Positions 20,490-30,606 of a stretch of DNA of 64,000 nucleotides are shown here, piece by piece; position 1 is the first letter of the stretch, and each line of letters begins with the position of its first letter. The stretch lies in the NCBI GenBank assembly GCA_000999715.1, contig LCGL01000001.1:3139-67138 (forward strand), given 5' to 3'. Made by a program: the position numbers and the translations under genes. Origin of the DNA: Candidatus Falkowbacteria bacterium GW2011_GWF2_43_32. GTDB taxonomy: Bacteria; Patescibacteriota; Patescibacteriia; Patescibacteriales; UBA12465. Under the pieces are notes generated by a model. The model saw nothing but the letters and a program-made list of their open reading frames with translations, was not told the origin of the DNA and made no database searches.

Positions 20490-20912
20490 TTATTTTTGTC
20501 CGGCCGTTTGATCTTGCACGCCGGCGCTCATTTTTATTTTCTCAAATTTAACCTTAACGGTCAATTTTTCTTTGCCCAAAATCTTGACCGGCAAAGAGAC
20601 CGAGCCGATTAATTTCTTTTCCGCCAAAGTCGTCGGATTAACCGTTTCGCCGTCTTTGAAATGGCGATTAATCGCTTTAACGCTCACCACCTGATTCTTC
20701 GGTTGCAAGGAACGAAAGCCGCGAGACTTCGGAATTTGCAACAAACCGGCGCGCATACCCAAGCGCTTCAAACCGGAGACGCCGGAACGAGATTTTTGTC
20801 CTTTAAGACCGCGGGTACTGTAAGTACCATGACCGGAAGCGTTACCGCGACCGACACGTTTACCTTTCCGGGAAGAGCCTTTGGCTTTTTTAATCGTATT
20901 AAGTGATAACAT
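20490..20912 (-). CDS. rplO: 50S ribosomal protein L15
   Basis: RVGRGNASGHGTYSTRGLKGQKSRSG. Confidence 0.95.
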   Translation of the reverse strand: MLSLNTIKKAKGSSRKGKRVGRGNASGHGTYSTRGLKGQKSRSGVSGLKRLGMRAGLLQIPKSRGFRSLQPKNQVVSVKAINRHFKDGETVNPTTLAEKKLIGSVSLPVKILGKEKLTVKVKFEKIKMSAGVQDQTAGQK

Positions 20913-20949
20913 ATGAGTAATATCGCTTGTTAATTCTTAGCGGCGACTT

Positions 20950-21627
20950 TTAATTTTTATCGGCCACTTCTTTTTTATCTTCTTTAACTTCCTGACCGGA
21001 CTCCCGACGAGCTTCCTTGCCGGCGCCGGACGGTTCTTTCTTTCTCAATTGCGCCAAAGCGTCAATCGTACAACGAGCATTGTTGATTTTGCTCTTGGAA
21101 CCTAAAGTCTTGCTGGTAACGTTCTTGACACCGGCCAATTCCAAAATGATACGGGTAACGCCGCCGGCGATAACGCCGCGACCGGTTTTAGCCGGTTTCA
21201 ACATAATTTTGGCCGCGCCCATTTTATGAAAAATCGCGTGCGGAATGGTGTCTTTCACCGTCGGCACGTTAATCATTTTCTTTTTGGCGTGATTGACGGC
21301 TTTATTGACGGCCATAGTAACATCGGCGCCTTTGCCCAATCCGATACCGACATTTCCCTTTTTATCCCCCAAGGCCACGCAAGCCCGAAAATTCATTCTT
21401 TTACCACCGGCCATAACGCGCGTTACTCTGGCGATTTCCAAAATCCGTTGCTCCAAATCGTCTTTCGGACGATCGTCGCGTCTGGATCCGCCGCGTTGAC
21501 CGCGTCCGCCGTCGCGACCGCCTCCTTGGCGGCGATTCTTGGCGGCGCCATACAAATCTTTGGCCACGGTTTGAGCCGCACCTTTGTCAACAGCGTCGGT
21601 TGGTTGATTTTTTTTCTCTTCGGGCAT
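20950..21627 (-). CDS. rpsE: 30S ribosomal protein S5 (N- and C-terminal extensions)
   Basis: RVTRVMAGGKR, GVIAGG. Confidence 0.95.
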   Translation of the reverse strand: MPEEKKNQPTDAVDKGAAQTVAKDLYGAAKNRRQGGGRDGGRGQRGGSRRDDRPKDDLEQRILEIARVTRVMAGGKRMNFRACVALGDKKGNVGIGLGKGADVTMAVNKAVNHAKKKMINVPTVKDTIPHAIFHKMGAAKIMLKPAKTGRGVIAGGVTRIILELAGVKNVTSKTLGSKSKINNARCTIDALAQLRKKEPSGAGKEARRESGQEVKEDKKEVADKN

Positions 21628-21648
21628 ATTGGCTAAATTATATGTTTA

Positions 21649-22002
21649 TTAAAATTCCAGACCGCCTTCGCGCGCTCCTTCGGCCGCCGCTTTCACCCGG
21701 CCATGATATTTATAAGAGCCGCGATCAAAAACCGCTTTGGTCACTTTCTTGGTTTTGGCTTTCTGGGCAATCAGTTTTCCCAATTCTTTTCCTAAGTCCA
21801 CCTTGCCGGCCGTTTTTTTGACTTCTTTCACGCCGGCACTGGCGATAGTGGTGCCTGTTGAATCATCAATCAATTGTAAAAACATCCCCTTGTTGGAACG
21901 AAAAACGCTCAAACGAGGTTTAAGCTCGGTCCCCGCAATCTTCGCGCGAACGCGACGATGACGGCTGAGCTGTTGTTGTCTTTTACCTTTAATTTTATTC
22001 AT
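21649..22002 (-). CDS. rplR: 50S ribosomal protein L18
   Basis: PRLSVFRSNK, FDRGSYKYHGRV; start placed at MNKIK. Confidence 0.95.
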   Translation of the reverse strand: MNKIKGKRQQQLSRHRRVRAKIAGTELKPRLSVFRSNKGMFLQLIDDSTGTTIASAGVKEVKKTAGKVDLGKELGKLIAQKAKTKKVTKAVFDRGSYKYHGRVKAAAEGAREGGLEF

Positions 22003-22027
22003 ATGATTAAAAACTGATAATAAGGGA

Positions 22028-22576
22028 TTACTTGGCGCCCTTGACCGTCGCTTTTCCGGCTTTGCGTCTGATAATTTCTTCGGCATATTTAACGCCTTTG
22101 CCTTTATAAGGCTCCGGACGACGAATTTTTCTGATCTGCGCGGCCATTTCGCCGACTAAAGCTTTATCGATGCCGCTCAAAGTGATGACATTATCGGCGA
22201 CAGTGGCACTCACTCCGGCCGGTAATTTGAATTCTATCGGATGTGAGAACCCCAAACTCATATTCAAATTATTGCCGCTGACAGCGGCGCGATAACCGAC
22301 GCCGTTAATTTCCAATTTTCTGGTAAAACCGACTCCCACGCCTTCCACGGCATTTTTGATCAAACTCCACATCAAACCCCAAACCGCGGCGGCGTTTTTT
22401 TCCTCCTTATTGCGCAGAGCGACCGTAACTTCCGAAGGCGTGACCGTGACTTCAACATTGGCGTCAAGCTTCAAACGGAATTCTCCTTTCGGTCCTTTGA
22501 ACGTCATCTCCCCTTCCTGGACCGTGGCTTGAACGCCGGCGTTTAATTTAATTGGCAATTTTCCTAAACGTGACAT
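22028..22576 (-). CDS. rplF: 50S ribosomal protein L6
   Basis: MSRLGKLPI, GVGYRA, PEPYKGKGVKY. Confidence 0.97.
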   Translation of the reverse strand: MSRLGKLPIKLNAGVQATVQEGEMTFKGPKGEFRLKLDANVEVTVTPSEVTVALRNKEEKNAAAVWGLMWSLIKNAVEGVGVGFTRKLEINGVGYRAAVSGNNLNMSLGFSHPIEFKLPAGVSATVADNVITLSGIDKALVGEMAAQIRKIRRPEPYKGKGVKYAEEIIRRKAGKATVKGAK

Positions 22577-22594
22577 AAACGGATAAATAATTGA

Positions 22595-23005
22595 TTAAAA
22601 GATTTCTCCCAAAACCTCTCCGCCGATCTGATTCTTTTTCGCTTCTTTGTCGGTCATCAAGCCTCGAGAGGTGGAGATGATCGCCAAACCGAAATGATTC
22701 AAAACCGTCGGAATTTCATTTTTAGAAACATAAATACGCAAACCCGGCCGACTGATGCGGTTAATAGCGCTAATCTGCGGCTTGCCGTTCTTGCGATATT
22801 TCAACTGAATCTGCAATTCGTCAAATTTGCTATGAGCGCCATTCAAGCCGCCGGGGATAACCGTCACTTTTTTAATCCAGCCTTCGGCTTCCAGAATCTT
22901 GGCCACCTCATATTTTAATTTGCTCATTGGCAAAACAAGCTCCGGTTTCTTGACGGCGGAGGCGTTTCTGATTCTTGTAAACATGTCTGCGATGGGATCC
23001 ATCAT
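22595..23005 (-). CDS. rpsH: 30S ribosomal protein S8
   Basis: DPIADMFTRIRNA, SRPGLRIY, GGEVL. Confidence 0.97.
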   Translation of the reverse strand: MMDPIADMFTRIRNASAVKKPELVLPMSKLKYEVAKILEAEGWIKKVTVIPGGLNGAHSKFDELQIQLKYRKNGKPQISAINRISRPGLRIYVSKNEIPTVLNHFGLAIISTSRGLMTDKEAKKNQIGGEVLGEIF

Positions 23006-23086
23006 ATTAGTTTGAAAGTTGAAGTTATAAAGTTAAACTCTGTTCGTCGCGATCTTGTATAACTTCACAACTCAATAAATGATAAC

Positions 23087-23272
23087 TTACCAGCTGGACT
23101 TCCTGATTCCCGGCAAATCGCCATTGTTGGCCAATTCTCGGAAACAAATCCGGCATAATTTAAAATCGCGCATATAGCCGTGATTACGGCCGCAACGCCA
23201 ACACCGATTGATCTTCCGGGTGGAAAATTTCGGTTTTCTTTTTGCCTTAACGATTAAAGCGGTTCTAGCCAT
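23087..23272 (-). CDS. rpsN: 30S ribosomal protein S14 (zinc-binding type Z)
   Basis: RCWRCGR...[10 protein letters not shown]...PGIRKSSW; start placed at MARTAL. Confidence 0.95.
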   Translation of the reverse strand: MARTALIVKAKRKPKFSTRKINRCWRCGRNHGYMRDFKLCRICFRELANNGDLPGIRKSSW

Positions 23273-23282
23273 AGTATTTAAA

Positions 23283-23831
23283 TTATTTGCTGTCTTTTTT
23301 AAAAGGGAAACCCAAAGCGCGGAACAATTCCAAACCCGCCTCCCGATTCTTGGCGCTCGTTCCCAAACAAACTTCCAAGCCGAAAATATTGCTGTCCGCT
23401 TCATCGGCCAAAATTTCCGGGAAAGAAACGTATTCCTTGAAACCGACCGTCATATTCCCTTCTCGATCCACCGACTTTTCGCTGATACCGCGAAAATCGC
23501 GAACGCGCGGAAAAACGATATTAACCAATCTTTCCACAAAGTCATACATCCGCTGTCCTCGCAAAGTGACTTTGGCGCCGATAATCAAACCTTCTCTGAT
23601 TTTGAAAGCGGAAATGGATTTTTTGGACACGGTTAAAACCGGTTTCTGTCCGGCAATCTTGGTCAAGCCCTTTTCCACGTTAGCCATAAAATCTTTTTCT
23701 TTGACGTGGCGGCCGAAACCGACGTTCAAAACCACCTTGGTCAAACGCGGCACCAGCAGGCTGTTCTTGAAGCCCAACTTGGTCTTCAATTCCGGGGCGA
23801 TTTGTTTTTGATATTTTTCTTTTAATCTCAT
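23283..23831 (-). CDS. rplE: 50S ribosomal protein L5
   Basis: [21 protein letters not shown]. Confidence 0.97.
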   Translation of the reverse strand: MRLKEKYQKQIAPELKTKLGFKNSLLVPRLTKVVLNVGFGRHVKEKDFMANVEKGLTKIAGQKPVLTVSKKSISAFKIREGLIIGAKVTLRGQRMYDFVERLVNIVFPRVRDFRGISEKSVDREGNMTVGFKEYVSFPEILADEADSNIFGLEVCLGTSAKNREAGLELFRALGFPFKKDSK

Positions 23832-23835
23832 ATAA

Positions 23836-24171
23836 TTACTCGATTACTTCCTGACATTTCTGACAAACGCGGAATTTTTTCGCTTTTTTACCTTCAATAT
23901 TTAAAACTTTATGACCGACACGAGTGGCCTGTCCGCATTTCGGGCATAACAAAGCCAAATTGGAAACCGCCATAAAAGCGGGAAACTCGATTCTCTGGCC
24001 CTTTTCTCCTTGTTTGCTGGGACGCATGTGCTTAATCAGCAAATTCAAACCTTCAATGCTGGCTTTGCCGGCCGATTGGGAGGTGGCGGGAATGACTTGC
24101 AGAACCTTGCCGGTCTTGCCTTTGTCTTTCCCGGCGAGAATCTTCACTTTGTCGTTCTTTTTGATATTCAT
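23836..24171 (-). CDS. rplX: 50S ribosomal protein L24
   Basis: KOW motif IKKNDKVKILAGKDKGKTG. Confidence 0.95.
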   Translation of the reverse strand: MNIKKNDKVKILAGKDKGKTGKVLQVIPATSQSAGKASIEGLNLLIKHMRPSKQGEKGQRIEFPAFMAVSNLALLCPKCGQATRVGHKVLNIEGKKAKKFRVCQKCQEVIE

Positions 24172-24189
24172 ATAAATGCCAACAAATGT

Positions 24190-24564
24190 TTATAAAACTT
24201 CCGGCGCCAACGAAGCGATTTTGGCGAAGCCCGCCTTTCTCACTTCACGGGCGATCGGTCCGAAAATACGCGTGCCTTTCGGTTCCTTTTTCTCGGCGTC
24301 AACGACAATCACGCAAGCGTTGTCGTCAAAACGCAGATAGGATCCGTCGGGACGACGAATTTCTTTTTTGGTGCGCACCACCACCGCTTTGACCACATCG
24401 CTTTTTTTGACGGCGGCATGCGGCACGGCCGATTTGACCGCGGCCACAATAATGTCGCCGACGTGGGCATAACGTCTTTTATAACCGCCGATAACCCGAA
24501 TGCATTGCACTTCTTTGGCTCCGGAATTGTCGGCCACCTTTAAATATGTTTGGACCTGAATCAT
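24190..24564 (-). CDS. rplN: 50S ribosomal protein L14
   Basis: [27 protein letters not shown]. Confidence 0.97.
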   Translation of the reverse strand: MIQVQTYLKVADNSGAKEVQCIRVIGGYKRRYAHVGDIIVAAVKSAVPHAAVKKSDVVKAVVVRTKKEIRRPDGSYLRFDDNACVIVVDAEKKEPKGTRIFGPIAREVRKAGFAKIASLAPEVL

Positions 24565-24569
24565 ATTGA

Positions 24570-24845
24570 TTAAATTTTATGACTTACCCGCCATCTTTTA
24601 TCGCGGCTCAAGGGACGACATTCCACAAACACGACCTTATCGCCGACGTGATATTCGTTTTTCTCGTCATGTACTTTAAAGCGTCGGCTAACCGTATAGC
24701 GTTTGTGATATTTGGGGTGCTGTTTGATGGACTCCACTTTAACGACGATGGTCTTGTCATTTTTATCGCTGACCACCGTGCCGTTGAATTGACGTCCGCC
24801 GATTTTCGGCTGTTCCGTTGTCGCCGCCGTTGAAACTTTAGACAT
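24570..24845 (-). CDS. rpsQ: 30S ribosomal protein S17
   Basis: [20 protein letters not shown]. Confidence 0.95.
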   Translation of the reverse strand: MSKVSTAATTEQPKIGGRQFNGTVVSDKNDKTIVVKVESIKQHPKYHKRYTVSRRFKVHDEKNEYHVGDKVVFVECRPLSRDKRWRVSHKI

Positions 24846-24846
24846 A

Positions 24847-25032
24847 TTATTTTTGCTTACTTAAGATAGTTAAAATCCGCGCTACCGTCTGCCGGACAAG
24901 CCGAATCTCCCGAATATTTTTCAATTGCTTGTTAGAATCTTTAAAACGCAAATCGCGAAGTTTTTCCTGATTGGCACTCAGCATTTTTTGCAAATCCGCC
25001 TTATCTTTAGTTTGTAATTCTTTAAATTCCAT
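24847..25032 (-). CDS. rpmC: 50S ribosomal protein L29
   Basis: LRDLRF...QLKNIREIR...VARILT; position between rplP and rpsQ. Confidence 0.9.
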   Translation of the reverse strand: MEFKELQTKDKADLQKMLSANQEKLRDLRFKDSNKQLKNIREIRLVRQTVARILTILSKQK

Positions 25033-25044
25033 ATGGTTAAACAA

Positions 25045-25452
25045 TTATTCTTTGCTGATAAACTGACACTTGACCGGCAATTTATGCCCGGCCAATTCCA
25101 TCGCTTTTTTCGCCACTTCCCGGGTTATTCCTTCCATCTCAAACATAATCGTGCCCGGTTTGACGATCGCCACGTAATAATCCACCGCGCCCTTGCCTTT
25201 ACCCATGGGAATTTCCCCGCCATGCGCGGTGACCGGCTTATCCGGAAAAATTCTGATCCACACCCGGCCGCCCTTGGCGACATAACGGGTAAGCACGCGC
25301 CGCGCCGCTTCGATCTGGCGTGAAGTCACCCAACAAGCGGACAAACTCTTCAGGCCGAAACTGCCGAAACTGATATTCAAACAACGGCTGGCCTTACCGC
25401 CTCGCCGGCGCTTTTGATCTTTTCTCCATTTTGTTTTCTTGGGCATTAACAT
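25045..25452 (-). CDS. rplP: 50S ribosomal protein L16
   Basis: RQIEAARR, WIRIFPDKP, MGKGKG. Confidence 0.97.
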   Translation of the reverse strand: MLMPKKTKWRKDQKRRRGGKASRCLNISFGSFGLKSLSACWVTSRQIEAARRVLTRYVAKGGRVWIRIFPDKPVTAHGGEIPMGKGKGAVDYYVAIVKPGTIMFEMEGITREVAKKAMELAGHKLPVKCQFISKE

Positions 25453-25480
25453 ATCTTTGGTTGAAAATGGTAAAATTAAT

Positions 25481-26161
25481 TTATTCGGCGATCACTTCGC
25501 CCTTGGCCGTTTTGTCTTTTTCAAAAACTTCTCCTTTGTAAACCCAAACTTTGATGCCGACCGCTCCGTAAGTGGTGTGAGCGGCGCCACGGGCATAATC
25601 AATATCGGCGCGCAAAGTTTGCAGAGGCACTTTGCCCCAAACCAATTTTTCGTCGCGAGCGATTTCCGCCCCGTTCAATCTTCCGGCCATCATGATTTTG
25701 GCGCCTAAAGCACCGGCTCGCTCCACTTTCGCCAAAGCCTGCTTCATCACTTTGCGAAAAGGCATTCTTTTTTCAATTTCCAAAATCATGGATTGAACGA
25801 CGATTTGCGCGCTCAAATTCGGACGATTGGCTTCTTTGATATTTAAATTTATTTCGCCTAAACGAAAATTGCGTAAAAACTTATCGTGTAATTTCTTTTT
25901 CAATTCTTCCGCGCCATTACCGCCCCGACCGATAATCAAACCCGGCTTGGCGGTGGCAACGTTAATTTCTATCTTATTGATACTGCGGATAATTTCCGTT
26001 TGATCGATGCCCGCTTCCTTGAATTCGCGCACCATATACTTGCGGATACCGACATCCTGCTTGATGTTCTGAACATATTTGTCGCCGCGCTCAAACCATA
26101 AAGACGGCCAAGTTTTGGTGACACCCATGCGAAAGATTTTCGGATTAACTTTTTTACCCAT
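25481..26161 (-). CDS. rpsC: 30S ribosomal protein S3
   Basis: PGLIIGRGG, GRLNGAEIAR, PLQTLRADIDY. Confidence 0.97.
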   Translation of the reverse strand: MGKKVNPKIFRMGVTKTWPSLWFERGDKYVQNIKQDVGIRKYMVREFKEAGIDQTEIIRSINKIEINVATAKPGLIIGRGGNGAEELKKKLHDKFLRNFRLGEINLNIKEANRPNLSAQIVVQSMILEIEKRMPFRKVMKQALAKVERAGALGAKIMMAGRLNGAEIARDEKLVWGKVPLQTLRADIDYARGAAHTTYGAVGIKVWVYKGEVFEKDKTAKGEVIAE

Positions 26162-26184
26162 ATGTATTTGACAATAATAAATTA

Positions 26185-26796
26185 TTACCCGGACTTGCGT
26201 CTGAACATCTTGCCGGAAAAGCCTTTGCCGCCTTCAATCTTGGCATGGCCATGACGACCCTCCGAGCGCGGATCGACGATTTCCTTGACGCTTTCCGAAA
26301 CTACGGCCGTGCTCTTCGTCGGTTTCAAATCTTTATTGGCTTTGGACACTTCCCGCTTTTTTTCCGGTTTTGTTTTCAAAGTCTTCTCGCCGTCTTTCGC
26401 CAATTTTTCCAATTTTACCGGTTCGTCAACTTTAACTTTTTTCTTGTCCCGGGAACCGCTGGCCACTACTTCCGCCAAAACGATATAAATATGACAACCG
26501 CGTTTCCGCAAGGAGGTCGCCCGACCGTGCGCCCGCGGCATCCAGCGTTTCAACATGACCCCTTCGTCGGATCTGATTTCTTTGATATATAAATTATCGG
26601 CGGACAAACTATAAGTTTCAACCGCGTTGGCAATAGCCGATTTCAACAGTTTGGCTACCGGTTCGGCCGCGCCTTTATTAAGAAAACGCAATTGGTCCAA
26701 GGCGGTCTGCACCGGCATTTTGCGGATAACATCAATCACCAAACGGACTTTCCGCGGCGACATTCTTAAATGTTTTAAACTGGCTTTCACTTCCAT
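26185..26796 (-). CDS. rplV: 50S ribosomal protein L22 with long C-terminal extension
   Basis: RMSPRKVRLV, KRWMPRAHGRA; about 90 extra residues. Confidence 0.95.
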   Translation of the reverse strand: MEVKASLKHLRMSPRKVRLVIDVIRKMPVQTALDQLRFLNKGAAEPVAKLLKSAIANAVETYSLSADNLYIKEIRSDEGVMLKRWMPRAHGRATSLRKRGCHIYIVLAEVVASGSRDKKKVKVDEPVKLEKLAKDGEKTLKTKPEKKREVSKANKDLKPTKSTAVVSESVKEIVDPRSEGRHGHAKIEGGKGFSGKMFRRKSG

Positions 26797-26808
26797 ATGA
26801 TCTAATTA

Positions 26809-27105
26809 TTATTTTTTAGCCTTGGTGTCCGTCGCCTGCGCTTTGGCAATTTTTCCGCCGTGCGAAACGAATTTTCGCGTCGCGGCAAATTCGCCCAAAC
26901 GGTGCCCGACCATATTTTCCACGATATAAACGGGCAAATGAGTCTTGCCGTTATGGACGCCTAAAGTAAAGCCGACCATTTCCGGAGTAATGGAACACGC
27001 CCGATCCCAAACCTTAATTACGGTTTTGTCTCCCGGTTGCAAATTTTTTATTTTATTGAGCAGTCGTACATTCACATACGGCCCCTTTTTCGAACTTCTG
27101 GACAT
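26809..27105 (-). CDS. rpsS: 30S ribosomal protein S19
   Basis: [19 protein letters not shown]. Confidence 0.97.
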   Translation of the reverse strand: MSRSSKKGPYVNVRLLNKIKNLQPGDKTVIKVWDRACSITPEMVGFTLGVHNGKTHLPVYIVENMVGHRLGEFAATRKFVSHGGKIAKAQATDTKAKK

Positions 27106-27122
27106 ATATTATAATTTAACGT

Positions 27123-27959
27123 TTATTTACGTTTTGTCCGGCGTCTGACAATCAAACGATCGGAACGGCCGCGCCGTCTGGTCTTGACTCCCAAGGCCGG
27201 CTTGCCCCAAATGGTCTTCGGATGACGCAAACCGATCGGCTGTTTGCCTTCACCACCGCCATGCGGATGATCGACCGGATTCATGGCCGTACCGCGAACC
27301 GTCGGACGAATTCCCAAATAACGACTGCGACCGGCTTTACCGAGCGAAACATGACGATGATCGGAATTGCTCACTTGGCCGACCGTGCACAAACATTCTT
27401 TTTTCACTTGACGAATTTCTCCGGACGGCATCTTCAACTGGGCATACTTCCCTTCCACACCCATGACATAAACGACGTTGCCGGCACTGCGAGCGATTTT
27501 CGCTCCCCGACCCGGTTCCAATTCAATGCAATTGACCGCCAAACCGGCCGGAATAAACTGCAAAGGTAAAGCATTACCGATTTTTATTTCAATTAATTCT
27601 TGCGAACTCATTATTTTATCGCCCACTTTTAAATCCTGAGGAGCGATGATATAGGTTTTTACTCCGTCAACATAATATAATAAAGCCAACCTGGCGCCGC
27701 GAGCCGGATCATATTCAATCGCCTTGACGATCGCCGGCACATTAAATTTATCGCGCTTAAAATCAATCAAGCGGATATAACGCTTGGCGCCGCCGCCACG
27801 ATGACGAACGGTGATTTTACCGCTGGCATTGCGACCGCCGCTGCGCTTGCGAATCATCACTAAATTCTTTTCCGGAGAAAATTTGGTCAAATCGGCAAAA
27901 TCGTCAAAAGTCGCTCCTCTTCTTCCCGGCGTATTCGCTTTTACTTTTTTTATTCCCAT
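27123..27959 (-). CDS. rplB: 50S ribosomal protein L2
   Basis: ITVRHRGGG, AMNPVDHPHGGGEG. Confidence 0.97.
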   Translation of the reverse strand: MGIKKVKANTPGRRGATFDDFADLTKFSPEKNLVMIRKRSGGRNASGKITVRHRGGGAKRYIRLIDFKRDKFNVPAIVKAIEYDPARGARLALLYYVDGVKTYIIAPQDLKVGDKIMSSQELIEIKIGNALPLQFIPAGLAVNCIELEPGRGAKIARSAGNVVYVMGVEGKYAQLKMPSGEIRQVKKECLCTVGQVSNSDHRHVSLGKAGRSRYLGIRPTVRGTAMNPVDHPHGGGEGKQPIGLRHPKTIWGKPALGVKTRRRGRSDRLIVRRRTKRK

Positions 27960-27982
27960 ATGTAAATAATAAAAGAGTTAAA

Positions 27983-28420
27983 TTAAACGCCTTCGTAAAT
28001 CTGAATAGTCTTGCCCGGCGGCAAAGTAACCACCGCTTTGCGCCAATCTTTTCTCTGACCGCTGATACGTCCGCGTACGGTTCGTTTGCCGGAAACATTC
28101 ATGATATTGACTTTTACCGGTTTGACTCCGTAAACGGTCTGAATCGCCTTGGCGACCGCAATAACGTTCGCTCCGTTATCCACGACAAATACATATTTAT
28201 TGGCCGCATTCAAGTTGGTGGCCTTTTCGGTCACCAAAGGTTTGACCAAAACAGTGGCCGCGGACGCCACGGCTCCGGCCACAGTCTTCGCTTGACCGCC
28301 GCTGGTCGCGGATACCGCCGCATCGCTATATAAATCCCGCATAGAGGTCGCCGATTTCTTTTCTTCCGTTTGAGGTTTGTTGACGACGTCCCCGGTTTTT
28401 TTTGATCCGAATAAAGACAT
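27983..28420 (-). CDS. rplW: 50S ribosomal protein L23 with N-terminal extension
   Basis: KPLVTEKA, WRKAVVTL. Confidence 0.93.
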   Translation of the reverse strand: MSLFGSKKTGDVVNKPQTEEKKSATSMRDLYSDAAVSATSGGQAKTVAGAVASAATVLVKPLVTEKATNLNAANKYVFVVDNGANVIAVAKAIQTVYGVKPVKVNIMNVSGKRTVRGRISGQRKDWRKAVVTLPPGKTIQIYEGV

Positions 28421-28424
28421 AAAT

Positions 28425-29084
28425 TTAATTGGTCTTCTCTTTCTTAAGATAACGATCGCTTATGGTTTTGACGATGCTCTCCGTCAATAACAAATTTTTA
28501 TGATTTAATAAATCCAACAAATTGATATTTTCCAAATTAATGATTTTGACGCCGGTCAAATTGCGCGCGGAATATTTGGTCATTTCATCCTGAGAATCGT
28601 TAACCACCAAAATATCGCGTCGGTCGGTATTTAAAATCTTTTTTTCCACCGCCGTCAACAAAGCGTTAAAAGTTTTGGTTTTATATTCTTTAAACTGCAA
28701 ATTATCCAACACCACCAAAGATTCGGTGGCCACTTTGTCCGATAAAACCATCAAAAAAGCTTTTTGTTTCATTTTTTGATTAATTTTTTTCTTGAAATTG
28801 CGATCTTTGGTCGGACCGAAAGTCACACCGCCGCCGATCCAAATCGGCGAACGACTGGAGCCGGCGCGCGCGCGACCGGTACCTTTCTGTTTCCAGGGTT
28901 TTTTACCGCCGCCGGAAACTTCACTGCGGTCCTTGGTGTGCGCCAAAACTTGGCGAGAATTCGCCTGTTGGGCGACCATCGCCTGATGCAATAACTCGTT
29001 ATTGGGCTTGAGACCGAAAATTTTCTCGGATAATTCCAGATCCTTAACGGCGACAGCGGCTTGATTGTAAACTTTTATCTTCAT
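28425..29084 (-). CDS. rplD: 50S ribosomal protein L4
   Basis: KPWKQKGTGRARAGS. Confidence 0.97.
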   Translation of the reverse strand: MKIKVYNQAAVAVKDLELSEKIFGLKPNNELLHQAMVAQQANSRQVLAHTKDRSEVSGGGKKPWKQKGTGRARAGSSRSPIWIGGGVTFGPTKDRNFKKKINQKMKQKAFLMVLSDKVATESLVVLDNLQFKEYKTKTFNALLTAVEKKILNTDRRDILVVNDSQDEMTKYSARNLTGVKIINLENINLLDLLNHKNLLLTESIVKTISDRYLKKEKTN

Positions 29085-29086
29085 AT

Positions 29087-29980
29087 TTATTTAGTTTGAT
29101 CCTTGTCTTTTTTTTCGTCTGACACGGCTTCGCTGGCTTCCGATTTGACTTCTTCCGTCTTGGCTTCTGCCGGTTTATTTTCTTGAACCGGCGCCTCCAC
29201 CTTGACTTCTTCCGTCCTGGCTTCTTCCATCTGGGTTTCTTCTTGTTTGTTTTCCGTCACCGGCGCCTCAGTCTTCGCTTCTTCCGGTTTGCCTTCTTCA
29301 ACCGCAGACGTTTCCTTGATTTCTTCTTTAACCGTTTGAGCGGCTGTTTTTAAATTAACCTGCAAATCGCCTTTGCTCCGAATCATCACTAGACTGTGCA
29401 AAGCGCCCGGAACCGCTCCGGCCACAAATAAAATATTATTTTCGGCGTCAATCGCCGCTATTTTTAAATTGGTGGTAGTTACTCTGTCGCCGCCCATTCT
29501 TCCGGCCATCCGCGTGCCTTTGAAAACGTGCGCCGGACCTTTGGCGCCGATGGATCCCGGCATTCTTTCCTGATCTTTGTTACCGTGCGTTTTGCGGAAA
29601 CCGTGAAAATGATGACGTTTCACTACGCCCTGAAAACCGCGACCCTTGGAAACGCCGCTAACATCAATGATATCGCCGACCGCAAAAGTCTCCACGCTGA
29701 CAACATCGCCTTCTTTGAAGGAGGGTGCTTCATCAACACGAAATTCCCGAACATGTTTCGGTTTAAGGCCGGTTTTTTTAAAATGCCCGCGCTGAGGTTT
29801 GTTGATATTCTTTTCTTTGCGTTCGCCAAAACCCATCTGCAAGGCGTTATAGCCGTCGGAAGTTTTATTTTTAACTTGCGTAATCACGCAAGGACCGGCC
29901 GATACCGGCGTTACCGCCACGACTTCGTCGCCGGACCAAATTTGCGTCATCATCGCTTTTTCTCCTAGAATAAATTTCAT
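29087..29980 (-). CDS. rplC: 50S ribosomal protein L3 with acidic repetitive C-terminal tail
   Basis: SKGRGFQGVVKRH, PGSIG, MAGRMG. Confidence 0.97.
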   Translation of the reverse strand: MKFILGEKAMMTQIWSGDEVVAVTPVSAGPCVITQVKNKTSDGYNALQMGFGERKEKNINKPQRGHFKKTGLKPKHVREFRVDEAPSFKEGDVVSVETFAVGDIIDVSGVSKGRGFQGVVKRHHFHGFRKTHGNKDQERMPGSIGAKGPAHVFKGTRMAGRMGGDRVTTTNLKIAAIDAENNILFVAGAVPGALHSLVMIRSKGDLQVNLKTAAQTVKEEIKETSAVEEGKPEEAKTEAPVTENKQEETQMEEARTEEVKVEAPVQENKPAEAKTEEVKSEASEAVSDEKKDKDQTK

Positions 29981-30193
29981 AAACTATTTTTACAGACTGA
30001 ATTTAAAATAAAAACTGGTCGGAAAACCAGTTGAAAACAACAACAAAAAATAAATTAAAACTTTTATTTTTTACTTGTTCTTTTGACTGACTGATTTACC
30101 TCCTAATTTTGGCTAATTTTCACTTAAACACTTTCTAAAATGTTAGAGTTATTTAAACGAGTATAGGCCAAATAATATTACTTTTTTATACTA

Positions 30194-30535
30194 CTACATT
30201 TTTATTTCCACGTCAACCCCGGCCGGTAAGCTCAAATTCGTCAAATCATCGATGGTTTTGGAGCTGGGATTAATGATATCAATCATACGCTTGTGAATCC
30301 GCATTTCATATTGATCGCGCGCGTCTTTATGAACGAAAGTGGAACGATTAACGGTATATTTCCGTTTTTCCGTCGGTAACGGAATCGGTCCAAAAAACTG
30401 CGCGTCGGATCGGCCGACGGTTTCAATAATGGTTTTGGTGGATTGATCGATGATTTTATGATCAAAAGCTTTAATCTTGATTCTGATTCGCTGTTTAAAA
30501 TCTTTATCTTTCTCGTCTTTTTTGTTTTCGGACAT
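30194..30535 (-). CDS. rpsJ: 30S ribosomal protein S10
   Basis: [27 protein letters not shown]. Confidence 0.97.
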   Translation of the reverse strand: MSENKKDEKDKDFKQRIRIKIKAFDHKIIDQSTKTIIETVGRSDAQFFGPIPLPTEKRKYTVNRSTFVHKDARDQYEMRIHKRMIDIINPSSKTIDDLTNLSLPAGVDVEIKM

Positions 30536-30606
30536 AGTAATTAATTAAATATACACTACAACCTCGCCCTACCCGATTATCGGAAAGAGCGAGGCAAAGT
30601 ATCTAC

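Noticed and set aside
23012..23075. Imperfect hairpin GAAGTTATA/TATAACTTC between rpsN and rpsH as another element copy
   Set aside because: It lacks the GAGGAGCGA, CACA and AGCGG motifs and is only a weak AT-rich stem.
30562..30594. CCTCGC...GCGAGG hairpin between tuf and rpsJ
   Set aside because: A short stem without a U tract or the family architecture; probably a pause or processing hairpin.
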